Shown here: positions 1 to 8,135 of the stretch, piece after piece
Layout: every line of letters starts with the position of its first letter
How positions within the stretch are numbered: position 1 is the stretch's first letter
NCBI GenBank assembly: GCA_947467605.1
Contig: CANIII010000011.1
Coordinates: 54,172-118,171, forward strand
Direction of reading: 5' to 3'
Source of the DNA: Acidobacteriota bacterium
GTDB taxonomy: Bacteria > Acidobacteriota > Vicinamibacteria > Vicinamibacterales > SCN-69-37
DNA: 64,000 bases
Made by a program: the position numbers and the translations under genes
Notes under the pieces: model-generated
The model's database searches: none
What the model was told of the DNA's origin: nothing
The model's input: only the letters and a program-made list of their open reading frames with translations

Positions 1-1499
1 AGACTGAAAAAAGCCGGCGTGACACCGAGCCAGTGGAACCACGTGGCGGCTGACCCGACAAGCACCAGCAGTCCGATCGTGCAGGTGGCCATGCCGTATT
101 TGAAGTTGTCGACGACGCTGTACTGATTGGTCGCGAACAGAATCACGTTCGGCTTGCCGCTGATCGGTAATCCCACGACCCAGTCGATCGTCAGCGCGGC
201 TGGCAGCGCGAAGCTGACCGGATCCCACCCCAGCGATCGCGTCAACGTGATCACGATCGGGATCATGATCATCGTCCTCACCGTTTTTGACGTCGTGAGA
301 AGGTGGCTGTACATCATCACGCCGACGATCAGCGTGTAGGCCACACCGAACGGCAATTGCTGGAGGTTGAAGCGGCCGAAGAGCATGCGCACCGCCCATT
401 CCGCTGCGCCCGTGTCATCAAGCGCGAGCCCACCGGCGTAGGCACCAGCACTGAAGATCAGCAGATGCCACGGGATGTCGGCCTCCGACCACTGGAGCAC
501 GCCCCAGCGTGGGAAGAGCACGATGAGCACACCGAGGAGCGCGGCAAAGGGCGCGCTGATTTCCACGCCGAACCAACGCATGTGGAACTTGTCCGTCATC
601 CAGAGAAAGAGCACGAGACTGAAGATCGCGATCGCCTTCTTCTCGCCGAGCGACAGCGGGCCCATCGAGTTGTATGTCTCGCGAACGACAGCGAGACCGC
701 CGGTGAGTGATGGGAGGCGATCGGCCGCGGTGATTGGGAAGATCCATTTCGGTCCGATCAGCCACATCACGATGGCGGTGAGGATGGCGACCGGTGCGCC
801 GAGACGCATCCAGTCCATGTAGTACACGCGATGTCCGCCCATCGTTTCGATGAGGCCGACCGCGATGAGATTCGCCGAACTGCCCGTCATCGAGACGGAC
901 GACAAGATCGAGATGCTGATCAGGTTGAGCAGCATCATGTTCTTGCCAAACGCATTCGGGTGTTCTTCTGTCGACCCGTAGATTGCCGCGACGACGACCA
1001 TGAGCGGCAGCGTCATCACCGCGCGTGCGGCTGTGGCTGGGATGAGCGGTGCCAGCGCGAGTTGCACGATGAGGAACGCAAACAGTGCCCACCTGGCCGT
1101 GCTGCCAAATCGCACAACGAGCCAGAGCGCCAGACGGCGCGCGAGCTTCGTTTTCACGAGCATCGCGCTCAGGATAAATGCGAGCAGATTGAGCCAGATC
1201 ACCTCGAGGCCGAGTACCGCCATGATCGTTTTGGCCGAGGCGACACCCGTCGCCAGCAGGAGGAACATCAGCGCGAGCGAGGTGACGTAGGTCGGGATGG
1301 GCTCGGTGACCCACCACACGAGCGCGAGCATGAAGCAGGCGATGCCGGCCTGTGCCGCACTGCTCAGCCCAGCGCCGAGCGGTGCGTACAGAAAGATCAG
1401 GAAGATCGCGATGCCGCCGGGGAAGCCCAGGTACCGCATCCAGAGTTCAGAGCGGCTCTGCGCGGCCCTCCCGGCGGAGGAGAGTCGCATCTGGTCCAT
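1..1499 (-). CDS. Anion:Na+ symporter of the DASS/SLC13 (CitT, ArsB/NhaD permease superfamily) type; the 3' end runs off the left edge of the window
   Basis: This gene is absent from the ORF track because no stop codon lies inside the window. My own minus-strand translation from ATG 1499 (alternative in-frame GTG at 1550) stays open to position 1. It reads MDQMRLSSAGRAAQ...IACFMLALVWWVTEPIPTYVTSLALMFLLL...SSANLIAVGLIE...LLIFSAGAYAGGLALDDTGAAEW...GKPNVILFATNQY, a polytopic membrane protein with DASS-like helices. The listed ORFs 418..1317(-) and 831..1589(+) are Arg/His-rich off-frame artefacts. Confidence 0.7.
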   Translation of the reverse strand, partial: MDQMRLSSAGRAAQSRSELWMRYLGFPGGIAIFLIFLYAPLGAGLSSAAQAGIACFMLALVWWVTEPIPTYVTSLALMFLLLATGVASAKTIMAVLGLEVIWLNLLAFILSAMLVKTKLARRLALWLVVRFGSTARWALFAFLIVQLALAPLIPATAARAVMTLPLMVVVAAIYGSTEEHPNAFGKNMMLLNLISISILSSVSMTGSSANLIAVGLIETMGGHRVYYMDWMRLGAPVAILTAIVMWLIGPKWIFPITAADRLPSLTGGLAVVRETYNSMGPLSLGEKKAIAIFSLVLFLWMTDKFHMRWFGVEISAPFAALLGVLIVLFPRWGVLQWSEADIPWHLLIFSAGAYAGGLALDDTGAAEWAVRMLFGRFNLQQLPFGVAYTLIVGVMMYSHLLTTSKTVRTMIMIPIVITLTRSLGWDPVSFALPAALTIDWVVGLPISGKPNVILFATNQYSVVDNFKYGMATCTIGLLVLVGSAATWFHWLGVTPAFFS

Positions 1500-1553
1500 C
1501 TCGAGCAGCGCCAGCAGCGTGGTGTCACTGGACGCTCGATCCGGTGTCACGGG

Positions 1554-2027
1554 TCAACTCCTGCGCCAGGTGCTGAACGGCTGCTTTAGAAGGTTGGAAT
1601 TAAAGAAGCGCGGATCCCCGGAGACCTCATCACCGGCCCACGGCGGTAATGTGATCGAGGCGTCCGCACTGGGCAGCTCCACTTCCGCCACCACGAGTCC
1701 TTCGTTGTCGCCATGGAAGACATCAACTTCCCACCGGCGCCCACCGTGCATTTCCACGAAACGGTGTTTGTCGATCAGCGGCTGTTCACACAGGTGATCG
1801 AGCATCGCGGTCGCGTCGTCAACCGGGATCGTGTACTCGAACTCTGCGCGGGTGACGCCGGTGGTCAGCCCCTTGATCGTGAGCTTGGCCGTCGCGCCCT
1901 CAATGCGGACGCGGACCACGCGCTCTTTCTCGGAGCTGAGATAGCCCTGCTTGAAGTGTGTGCCTGGGTCCGTTGGGACCCAGGCATCGGTGTTGACGCG
2001 GAATTTCCGTTCAATTTCGGTCGCCAT
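1554..2027 (-). CDS. CYTH-domain protein (triphosphate tunnel metalloenzyme; inorganic triphosphatase / class IV adenylate cyclase family)
   Basis: Based on ORF 1554..2063. The sequence MATEIERKFRV carries the ExExK signature of CYTH enzymes, so I place the start at ATG 2027, which has AGAGG upstream. About 157 aa is the usual size for this family. Confidence 0.8.
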   Translation of the reverse strand: MATEIERKFRVNTDAWVPTDPGTHFKQGYLSSEKERVVRVRIEGATAKLTIKGLTTGVTRAEFEYTIPVDDATAMLDHLCEQPLIDKHRFVEMHGGRRWEVDVFHGDNEGLVVAEVELPSADASITLPPWAGDEVSGDPRFFNSNLLKQPFSTWRRS

Positions 2028-2052
2028 ATAACCTCTGCGATCGTGCGCGCGT

Positions 2053-3423
2053 TCAGAAGGCAATCTGGTAGCGGACCGAGATGACGGTGAACTTGTCGCC
2101 GGTCAGGGACGTTTGCGTCGTGCTGGTCCCGATTGGCAACGGTGCGAATTCCTTGTTGGGTTTGCCGTTGTCGTTGTTGCTGACCCAGATCACGTTGAAC
2201 ATCAGCTTGTGGTTGGTGTTCATGAAGTACGTCGTGCCAAGCGTGACGTTCTTGGCGGTGCCGCCGAGAATCGGATCGACCGCCGTCGCATCGTCGAGCT
2301 TCAGCGTGCTGTAGCGCACGCCCACTTCCACCGCGCCGTTCTTGTGCTGCGGCACCACGCGTCCGAACTCGCCTTCCTCGACGACGTAGGGGCGGTGATC
2401 ACCCTTCGTAAGGAAGAGCATCACCTGACCGTAGTACCCGACGAACGTGTGGTCGACGTAATTGGCGACCGTGGTGGGCATGCGGATGACGTCGGTCTTT
2501 TGGTATTCACCCTGGAAGGAGACCGGGCCCATCACGCCGGCGAGTTCACCGGCGAGCTGCGTGACGTGGTCGACATACTTCATGTCGCCGGAGTTCAGGA
2601 ACTTCGCGCGACTCACATGTGATTCCGGTCGTGAGCTGAAGTTGAAGATGCGTGACGCGTTGAGGCGGTCTGGCAGGTCCGCGCCGCTCGTGGCGATCTT
2701 CGCCACGTCCGGCATGCGACGCGCGAGGGCGACGCCGAGGTGCAGCACGCGATCCGGCTTATCCATGTATGAAAGAGGTGAGACCGAGAACCGTCCATAG
2801 GTGCTGAAGCGCTGGCTCGTGCCGGCACCGCCGCCGGTCAGTGTGTCTTTGTCATCAAACGAGCCCCCGAATTGTCCGTAGACACCCGCTGACGCTTGCC
2901 ACATCGATTCCCAGTGGCTGGCGTTGACGCCGATCAGGCGATCTGGCGCCATCGCGTCGGTGTAGGCGCGCTCGATGAACATGATGTTCTTCGACGAGGT
3001 CAGGGTGTCGAAACTGAAGGGCGGTTTGTGGTTGCCGAACTTGAAGAGCGTGTTGTGTACGCCGGTGTAGCCGACCCACATGTCTTTCATCTCGATCTTG
3101 TTGTCGGCGAAGTCGAGGTCCATCTCCGACAGGAAATTGCCGAAGAGCGTGGCTTTGACGCCGATGCGTGCGCGGCGAATTTCAAAGCCGGTCGGCAGGC
3201 GGTTCTTGGCGCCCTGATAGGTGGCGAAGTCGAGGTTGATGCGGCCATCGAGCCAGTACTTGAACGCACCGTCCGCGCTTTGCGCCACGAGGTAGCCGTT
3301 GTCATAGGTGCCGGTGAGCGGCACCGGTGGCTTGGCCTGAGGGTCGGGCTTGTCCTGGGCGATGGCAGGGGTGCTCAGCATCGAGATAGCGAACGCGATG
3401 GTGACGATCCGTGGCGATTTCAT
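2053..3423 (-). CDS. Phosphate/anion-selective porin O/P (OprO/OprP) family outer-membrane protein
   Basis: Based on ORF 2053..3480. I start it at ATG 3423, which has GGAGG upstream. It has a signal peptide (MKSPRIVTIAFAISMLSTPAIAQ), alternating beta-strand composition and a C-terminal ...VRYQIAF ending in Phe. The overall motif pattern resembles the Porin_O_P family. Confidence 0.7.
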   Translation of the reverse strand: MKSPRIVTIAFAISMLSTPAIAQDKPDPQAKPPVPLTGTYDNGYLVAQSADGAFKYWLDGRINLDFATYQGAKNRLPTGFEIRRARIGVKATLFGNFLSEMDLDFADNKIEMKDMWVGYTGVHNTLFKFGNHKPPFSFDTLTSSKNIMFIERAYTDAMAPDRLIGVNASHWESMWQASAGVYGQFGGSFDDKDTLTGGGAGTSQRFSTYGRFSVSPLSYMDKPDRVLHLGVALARRMPDVAKIATSGADLPDRLNASRIFNFSSRPESHVSRAKFLNSGDMKYVDHVTQLAGELAGVMGPVSFQGEYQKTDVIRMPTTVANYVDHTFVGYYGQVMLFLTKGDHRPYVVEEGEFGRVVPQHKNGAVEVGVRYSTLKLDDATAVDPILGGTAKNVTLGTTYFMNTNHKLMFNVIWVSNNDNGKPNKEFAPLPIGTSTTQTSLTGDKFTVISVRYQIAF

Positions 3424-3667
3424 GACGTGTCCTCCAGAACGGAGGCCGGGCCGGTGTTCGGCGGGGTCTTCCAACACCATCTTTAGGAATTACCGTGCCA
3501 ACGCCCGGGTGCGCGGTACAGGCCCCAAAGACCGCACAAAGACTCGGTGTTCAGGCGGCGTCGTCGGCTTTCACGCAGGGTGCGGATGAATAGTCCGCGC
3601 TGCCAGCCGCCGGAATCCCCGCGCTATGATGGGCACAGTGTTTTTCGTCCTGGGAGGGACATCCACA

Positions 3668-4291
3668 ATGAAGCGTTTTGTACTGGCAGCAGCAATCGCG
3701 GCGTTTGCCATCGCACCGATGACCACGCACGCACAGAAGGGCTGGAAACTTCGCGCGGATCGCAGCACGAGCGCGACAGATCCGGACGCCCCGGGCGATA
3801 TCAAGTTCATGGACATGAGCGGCACGCTGCACGTGATCACGCCGCAGGCGGCCGTGTTCTGGAACCCCGCCAACACGGCGACGGGCAACTACACGCTCAA
3901 GGGCTCGTTCAAGCTGATGAAGCCCAGTGGCCACTCCAACTTCTACGGCCTCGTGTTCGGCGGCAGCAACCTCGAAGGTCCGACGCAGGCGTACACGTAC
4001 TTCCTCGTTGATCAGACCGGCACGTGGCTGATCAAGAAGCGCGATGGCGACACCGCGACGTCGAACGTCGCACCGAAGACGCCGAGCGACGCGGTGAAGA
4101 AGCCGGGCGCCGATGGCACATCGGTCAACGAGCTTGAGGTGCGTGTGGGCGCCGACAAGGTCGACTTTGTCGTCAACGGCACGGTCGTGAGCAGCATGCC
4201 GAAGGCCGGCCTCAAGACGGATGGCATCGTCGGCTTCCGTTCGAATCACTTGCTCGAAGTGCAGGTCACCGGTTTCGGCACGACCAAGTAA
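3668..4291 (+). CDS. Secreted hypothetical protein, possibly DUF1080-like / concanavalin-type lectin fold
   Basis: Based on ORF 3626..4291. I start it at ATG 3668, preceded by GGGAGGG. It has a signal peptide (MKRFVLAAAIAAFAIAPMTTHAQ). The body (NYTLKGSFKL...FYGLVFGG...ELEVRVGADKVDFVVNG) resembles DUF1080 beta-sandwich proteins, but the product call is weak. Confidence 0.6.
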   Translation: MKRFVLAAAIAAFAIAPMTTHAQKGWKLRADRSTSATDPDAPGDIKFMDMSGTLHVITPQAAVFWNPANTATGNYTLKGSFKLMKPSGHSNFYGLVFGGSNLEGPTQAYTYFLVDQTGTWLIKKRDGDTATSNVAPKTPSDAVKKPGADGTSVNELEVRVGADKVDFVVNGTVVSSMPKAGLKTDGIVGFRSNHLLEVQVTGFGTTK

Positions 4292-4299
4292 CACCGAAG

Positions 4300-5214
4300 A
4301 TGCTTCACGCCGCCGTCGTTCAAGCCGAAGTCGCACACGATCTCGCGTCCGGCCTTGAACAGACGGCGGCGCTCACCGCCGACGCCGTCCGGCGCGGCGC
4401 TCGCCTCGTCGTTTTTCCTGAAACATGGTTGCCTGGGTATCCGATCTGGCTCGATGTGTGCCGGGATGTGGCGCTGTGGAATTCGCCAGACGTCAAGCGT
4501 GTGTTCACGACCTACGCCGAGAACAGCATCGACGTTGACGGAGCCAGTGGGCGCGCGCTCAGCGAAATCGCCGCGACCCATGGCGTCACGCTTGTCGTCG
4601 GCGTCACTGAGCGGGTGACGGCCGGACCTGGTCGCGGCACGCTGTACAACTCACTGCTGACGTACGGCCCGGACGGCGCATTGCTGAATCGCCATCGCAA
4701 ATTGATGCCCACCTACACCGAGCGCATCGTGTGGGGACAGGGCGATGCGACGGGGCTTCGTGCCGTGGAGACACCCGGTGCGCGTGTTGGCGGCCTCATC
4801 TGTTGGGAGCACTGGATGCCGCTCTCGCGGCAGGCATTGCACGAATCCGGCGAAGATATCCACGTGGCGGTGTGGCCCACGGTGCACGAGATGCATCAGG
4901 TCGCGAGCCGCCACTATGCGTTCGAAGGGCGATGCTTTGTGCTGGCGGCAGGATCGTTGATGCGCGGTTCAGCATTGCCGGCGACACTGACACCGCACCC
5001 GGATCGCGTGCCATACCCTGAGGCGTGGGTGATGCGCGGCGGCAGCGCGATCTATGGCCCCGACGGCGCGTGTCTGGCCGGGCCGGTGTATGACGCGGCC
5101 CTCACACTGCACGCCGAGCTCGATCTGACGCGGGTGCGTGCCGAGAGCATGACACTCGACGTGGCCGGCCACTACGCGCGCCCCGACTGCTTCAACTTCC
5201 GCGTGACCCGCTAA
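4300..5214 (+). CDS. Nitrilase / carbon-nitrogen hydrolase family protein
   Basis: A 304-aa ORF. The Glu-Lys-Cys catalytic contexts are visible: LVVFPETW, HRKLMPT and GGLICWEHWMP. Confidence 0.9.
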   Translation: MLHAAVVQAEVAHDLASGLEQTAALTADAVRRGARLVVFPETWLPGYPIWLDVCRDVALWNSPDVKRVFTTYAENSIDVDGASGRALSEIAATHGVTLVVGVTERVTAGPGRGTLYNSLLTYGPDGALLNRHRKLMPTYTERIVWGQGDATGLRAVETPGARVGGLICWEHWMPLSRQALHESGEDIHVAVWPTVHEMHQVASRHYAFEGRCFVLAAGSLMRGSALPATLTPHPDRVPYPEAWVMRGGSAIYGPDGACLAGPVYDAALTLHAELDLTRVRAESMTLDVAGHYARPDCFNFRVTR

Positions 5215-5243
5215 GGCCGACTGGTCGCAATCGCACATCTTGA

Positions 5244-5255
5244 CTACACGTGTAG
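5244..5255. promoter_or_regulatory. Candidate BlaI/CopY-type operator 1 (perfect 12-bp palindrome CTACACGTGTAG containing TACAnnTGTA)
   Basis: Read directly from the sequence, 75 nt upstream of the BlaI-like gene. It overlaps a TTGACT (-35-like) hexamer at 5240-5245. Confidence 0.5.
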
Positions 5256-5278
5256 GCACGGGTGTATGGTGTCTGTGA

Positions 5279-5290
5279 CGACACGTGTAG
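5279..5290. promoter_or_regulatory. Candidate BlaI/CopY-type operator 2 (CGACACGTGTAG, 10/12 identical to operator 1)
   Basis: A second copy of the ACACGTGTA dyad lies 35 bp downstream of the first and 40 nt upstream of GTG 5330. Confidence 0.45.
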
Positions 5291-5329
5291 TCACGCGGCG
5301 TCCATCGGACATCACGCAGGAGAGGGCAA

Positions 5330-5722
5330 GTGGCAGACATCTCGATTGGCGAACAGGAACTGACCTTGCTCCGGCATGTGGCCGACGCCGGCGGCTGCAC
5401 GGTCGGCGAAGTGGCCGAAACGTTTGGCCGCGACCGAACCCTGGCGCGCTCGACGATCCTCACGATGATGGAGCGGCTGCGCCGCAAGGGGCACCTGGTC
5501 CGCAAGTCGGACCACGGCGTCTTCCGCTACCGCGCACGCGTGTCCTCGGCGGAATTGCTGCAAGGCGCGGTCGGCCGCTTCGTCGAACGCCACCTCGGCG
5601 GATCGGTCTCGCCGTTTGCCGCCTATCTCTCCGACGCCACCGACCTCTCTGACGACGACCTTAAGGAGCTGTCGGATGTCGTGAGCCGCCTGCGCTCGTC
5701 ACGCAAGAAGGCGCGGTCATGA
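5330..5722 (+). CDS. BlaI/MecI/CopY family transcriptional repressor
   Basis: A 130-aa ORF with a winged-helix N-terminus (LTLLRHVADAGGCTVGEVAETF...STILTMMERLRRKGHLVR). It has a GTG start with GGAGAGGG upstream and a 4-nt ATGA overlap with the downstream M56 gene. Confidence 0.85.
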   Translation: MADISIGEQELTLLRHVADAGGCTVGEVAETFGRDRTLARSTILTMMERLRRKGHLVRKSDHGVFRYRARVSSAELLQGAVGRFVERHLGGSVSPFAAYLSDATDLSDDDLKELSDVVSRLRSSRKKARS

Positions 5723-7623
5723 TCGCGCAACTCTTCAACGCATCGATCAGTGGCGCCATCGGTGTGGCCGTGGTCTGGACCCTCTGCCGTGTGATGCCGC
5801 GCCTGTCGGCGTCGGTGAAGGCCCTGCTCTGGAGTTGCGCCGCTGCGAAGTTTCTCGTTGCGCTGCTCTGGGTCTCGCCGCTGCAGATCTCTGTGCTGCC
5901 TGCCACCGTGTCTGTGCCTCTGCTGACACAGGCCGCACCATCGAGTCCGCCGCTCGCGTCATCTGTCGAGCCTCTGGTGTCTTCGGCCGTTTCCACAAAT
6001 GCAAATGCCGCAGTGGCCGCTGATGTCGTGGGATGGGCGTCGCGAGCCGCACTCGTGATCTGGAGCCTCGGCGTCATCGCGGCCGCTGGCGTCGGCGTGC
6101 GTCGTTGGCGCCGGGCACGTCAGATGATCCGACAGTCGTCACCGGCGCCAGCCCACGTCACAGACGCCATGTCGGTGGTCGCTGCGGAGATGGGCCTGCT
6201 GCGCGCACCGCGCGTCATCGTGTCTGACGATGTCGAGACGCCGCTGGTGATCGGCGTGCTGCGACCCGTCGTTATGGTGCCGACCGCGCGATTCCTTCGG
6301 CTCAGTCTTGACGAGCGACGTATGGCGCTGGCCCATGAATGCGCGCACATTCGACGCGCGGACTTGCGCATCGGCTGCGTCCCGGCCCTCTCGGAAGCGA
6401 TCTTCTTCTTTCATCCACTCGCACGCCTGGCGGCGCGCGAGTACGCACTCTGGCGCGAAGCCGCCTGTGACGCGGCCGTGATCGATGCGCTGGATACCAC
6501 ACCGGCCGACTATGGCCGGTTGCTCGTCGGCCTCGGTGTCTCGCGCCCGCGCGTGGGGCTGGCCGCCGCAGGTGCCTCCTGGTCCTCTGCCAACCTGAAA
6601 CGGAGATTGCTCATGCTGACTGATCGCCCCGTGCCTTCAACCCGCTCACGCATTGCTGCCACCTTGCTTGTGGCCGCCGCCGTCGCCGCCATCGTGCCCG
6701 TGCAACTCACCGCGCGCGCGACGACGACCGGCGAGACGCGAATCAATATCACGACCGATCAGTTCCCGCCGCCACCGCCACCGACACCCACAACGCCGCC
6801 GACCGCGCCACTGCCGCCCTCACCGCCATCGTCAATGATGCCGCCCGTGCCACCGGCACCGCCGGCGCCGCGTGATTGGGCGATGGCCGAGTTACCACCG
6901 ATGGCCCCGATGCCGCCCACGTCGCGGATGGCGCCGATTCCTCCGCTGCCGCCCATGCCGCCGATGCAGCGATGGCGGAATGGGGATCAGAACTTCGTGC
7001 TGATCGTGGACGACGGCAAGCACATCATGTCGGGCGATTCCAGTGACGTGCGTCGCGCTGAATCTCAGCGACGACCAGGTGAGCCGCTGCTGTGGTTCAA
7101 GAAGGGCGGGCAGGAATACGTCATCCGTGATCGCGCCGCCATCAATCAAGCGATGGACCTGTGGAAGCCAGTCAACGAACTCGGCGACATGCAGGGCAAG
7201 CTCGGTGCTGAGCAAGGCAAGCTCGGCCAGAAGCAAGGCGAGATCGGTGCGCGTCAAGGCGCGATCGGCGCCGAGCAGGGCCGAGTCGGCGAGAAGCAGG
7301 CGGAGATCGAACTGAAGCAGGCAGAATTGAATCTGCGCGCCATCCGTGCCAGAGACGACTCAGGTCGGCGCGAGGTGGAGCTCGAGCGTCTGAACGTTCA
7401 GAAGGAAGCGCGGCGACTGCGAGATGAGATGCAGCTCCTGAGCGCGAAACTGAACTACGCAGGCCTGCCGATGAACGAACTTGGTAAGCAGATGGAGGGC
7501 CTCAGCGCTCAGATGGAGAAACTCAGCCAGCGCATGCAGGAAGCGTCAGCCAAAGCGGAAGCCGACATGGCGAAGCTGATCGACAGGGCGATCGCGTCGG
7601 GCGCGGCGCAGGCGATTCGTTAA
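5719..7623 (+). CDS. BlaR1-like M56 family metalloprotease sensor-transducer with a proline-rich linker and a coiled-coil C-terminal domain
   Basis: A 634-aa ORF. It has N-terminal TM helices and the HEXXH motif HECAH at 6334-6348 (LAHECAHIRRADL). A further TM helix is followed by about 90 aa of Pro-rich sequence and then a heptad-repeat tail. It is translationally coupled to the BlaI-like gene. Confidence 0.85.
   Translation: MIAQLFNASISGAIGVAVVWTLCRVMPRLSASVKALLWSCAAAKFLVALLWVSPLQISVLPATVSVPLLTQAAPSSPPLASSVEPLVSSAVSTNANAAVAADVVGWASRAALVIWSLGVIAAAGVGVRRWRRARQMIRQSSPAPAHVTDAMSVVAAEMGLLRAPRVIVSDDVETPLVIGVLRPVVMVPTARFLRLSLDERRMALAHECAHIRRADLRIGCVPALSEAIFFFHPLARLAAREYALWREAACDAAVIDALDTTPADYGRLLVGLGVSRPRVGLAAAGASWSSANLKRRLLMLTDRPVPSTRSRIAATLLVAAAVAAIVPVQLTARATTTGETRINITTDQFPPPPPPTPTTPPTAPLPPSPPSSMMPPVPPAPPAPRDWAMAELPPMAPMPPTSRMAPIPPLPPMPPMQRWRNGDQNFVLIVDDGKHIMSGDSSDVRRAESQRRPGEPLLWFKKGGQEYVIRDRAAINQAMDLWKPVNELGDMQGKLGAEQGKLGQKQGEIGARQGAIGAEQGRVGEKQAEIELKQAELNLRAIRARDDSGRREVELERLNVQKEARRLRDEMQLLSAKLNYAGLPMNELGKQMEGLSAQMEKLSQRMQEASAKAEADMAKLIDRAIASGAAQAIR
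7195..7320 (+). repeat. Six tandem 21-nt (heptad) coding repeats inside the M56 sensor gene
   Basis: The encoded heptads are GKLGAEQ / GKLGQKQ / GEIGARQ / GAIGAEQ / GRVGEKQ / AEIELKQ. The DNA units GGC-nnn-nTC-GGn-nnn-nAG-CA(A/G) were read directly at 7195, 7216, 7237, 7258, 7279 and 7300. Confidence 0.85.
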
Positions 7624-7637
7624 CCGCGGAAATTCAA

Positions 7638-7673
7638 CTCGGGCCGGTGCGGGAATCCCCGCACCGGCCCGAG
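7638..7673 (+). terminator. Perfect 16-bp stem / 4-nt loop hairpin downstream of the M56 gene
   Basis: CTCGGGCCGGTGCGGG-AATC-CCCGCACCGGCCCGAG starts 15 nt after stop 7623. The following sequence TCCTGGCATTTCC is only weakly T-rich, so intrinsic termination is plausible but not certain. Confidence 0.6.
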
Positions 7674-7765
7674 TCCTGGCATTTCCCCCGCCGCAACATC
7701 AATCGCCCCGGACCATCTTCGTGGCACACGCGTTGCACCCTGAGTCCCATGGAACTGGAGGGTGT

Positions 7766-8135
7766 CATGCGTCGCCTGTGGCTGGTGGTGGTTTGGCTCC
7801 TGACCGCACTCGCGGCGATCGTGGCCGCTGATCAAAGCATCACTCACAAAAACGCGCTCGAGCCGGTCGTAAAGGTCGAGCTGGTCGTGCCCACCGACGT
7901 CGTCGTCGGCGTCTGCCTCTTGAAAGCCGGCACCTACATCGTGATGTGCGACAAGGAAGTCGTGTCGTTCACGCTCAAGTCTACGGGCGAGAGGATGTTG
8001 ACCGCGTCGTGCAACGGCCCGGTCATGAAAGAGCGGGCCAAAGAGACCCGGGCCGTCTACGAGACGCAGCCGTCAGGCTACATCGTGATGGACAGGCTCT
8101 ATCTCAAGGGCAACAACGTCGAGCACATCTTCTAG
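7766..8135 (+). CDS. Small secreted hypothetical protein (122 aa, 3 Cys)
   Basis: Based on ORF 7647..8135. I start it at ATG 7766, which has GGAGGG upstream. It has a signal peptide (MRRLWLVVVWLLTALAAIVAADQ). I recognise no family. Confidence 0.55.

Noticed and set aside
418-1589. Listed ORFs 418..1317(-), 831..1589(+) and 1297..1797(+) cover the left end of the window.
   Set aside because: Their translations are Arg/His/Pro-rich with no recognisable motifs. A different minus-strand frame reads through the whole region as a coherent polytopic DASS-type transporter. These ORFs are the off-frame artefacts typical of high-GC DNA.
6750-6965. The proline-rich DNA stretch (CCG/CCA-rich) could be a non-coding simple repeat or a collagen-like element.
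   Set aside because: It is in frame within the M56 sensor ORF, has no fixed DNA period and links a TM helix to the C-terminal domain. I interpret it as a low-complexity linker.
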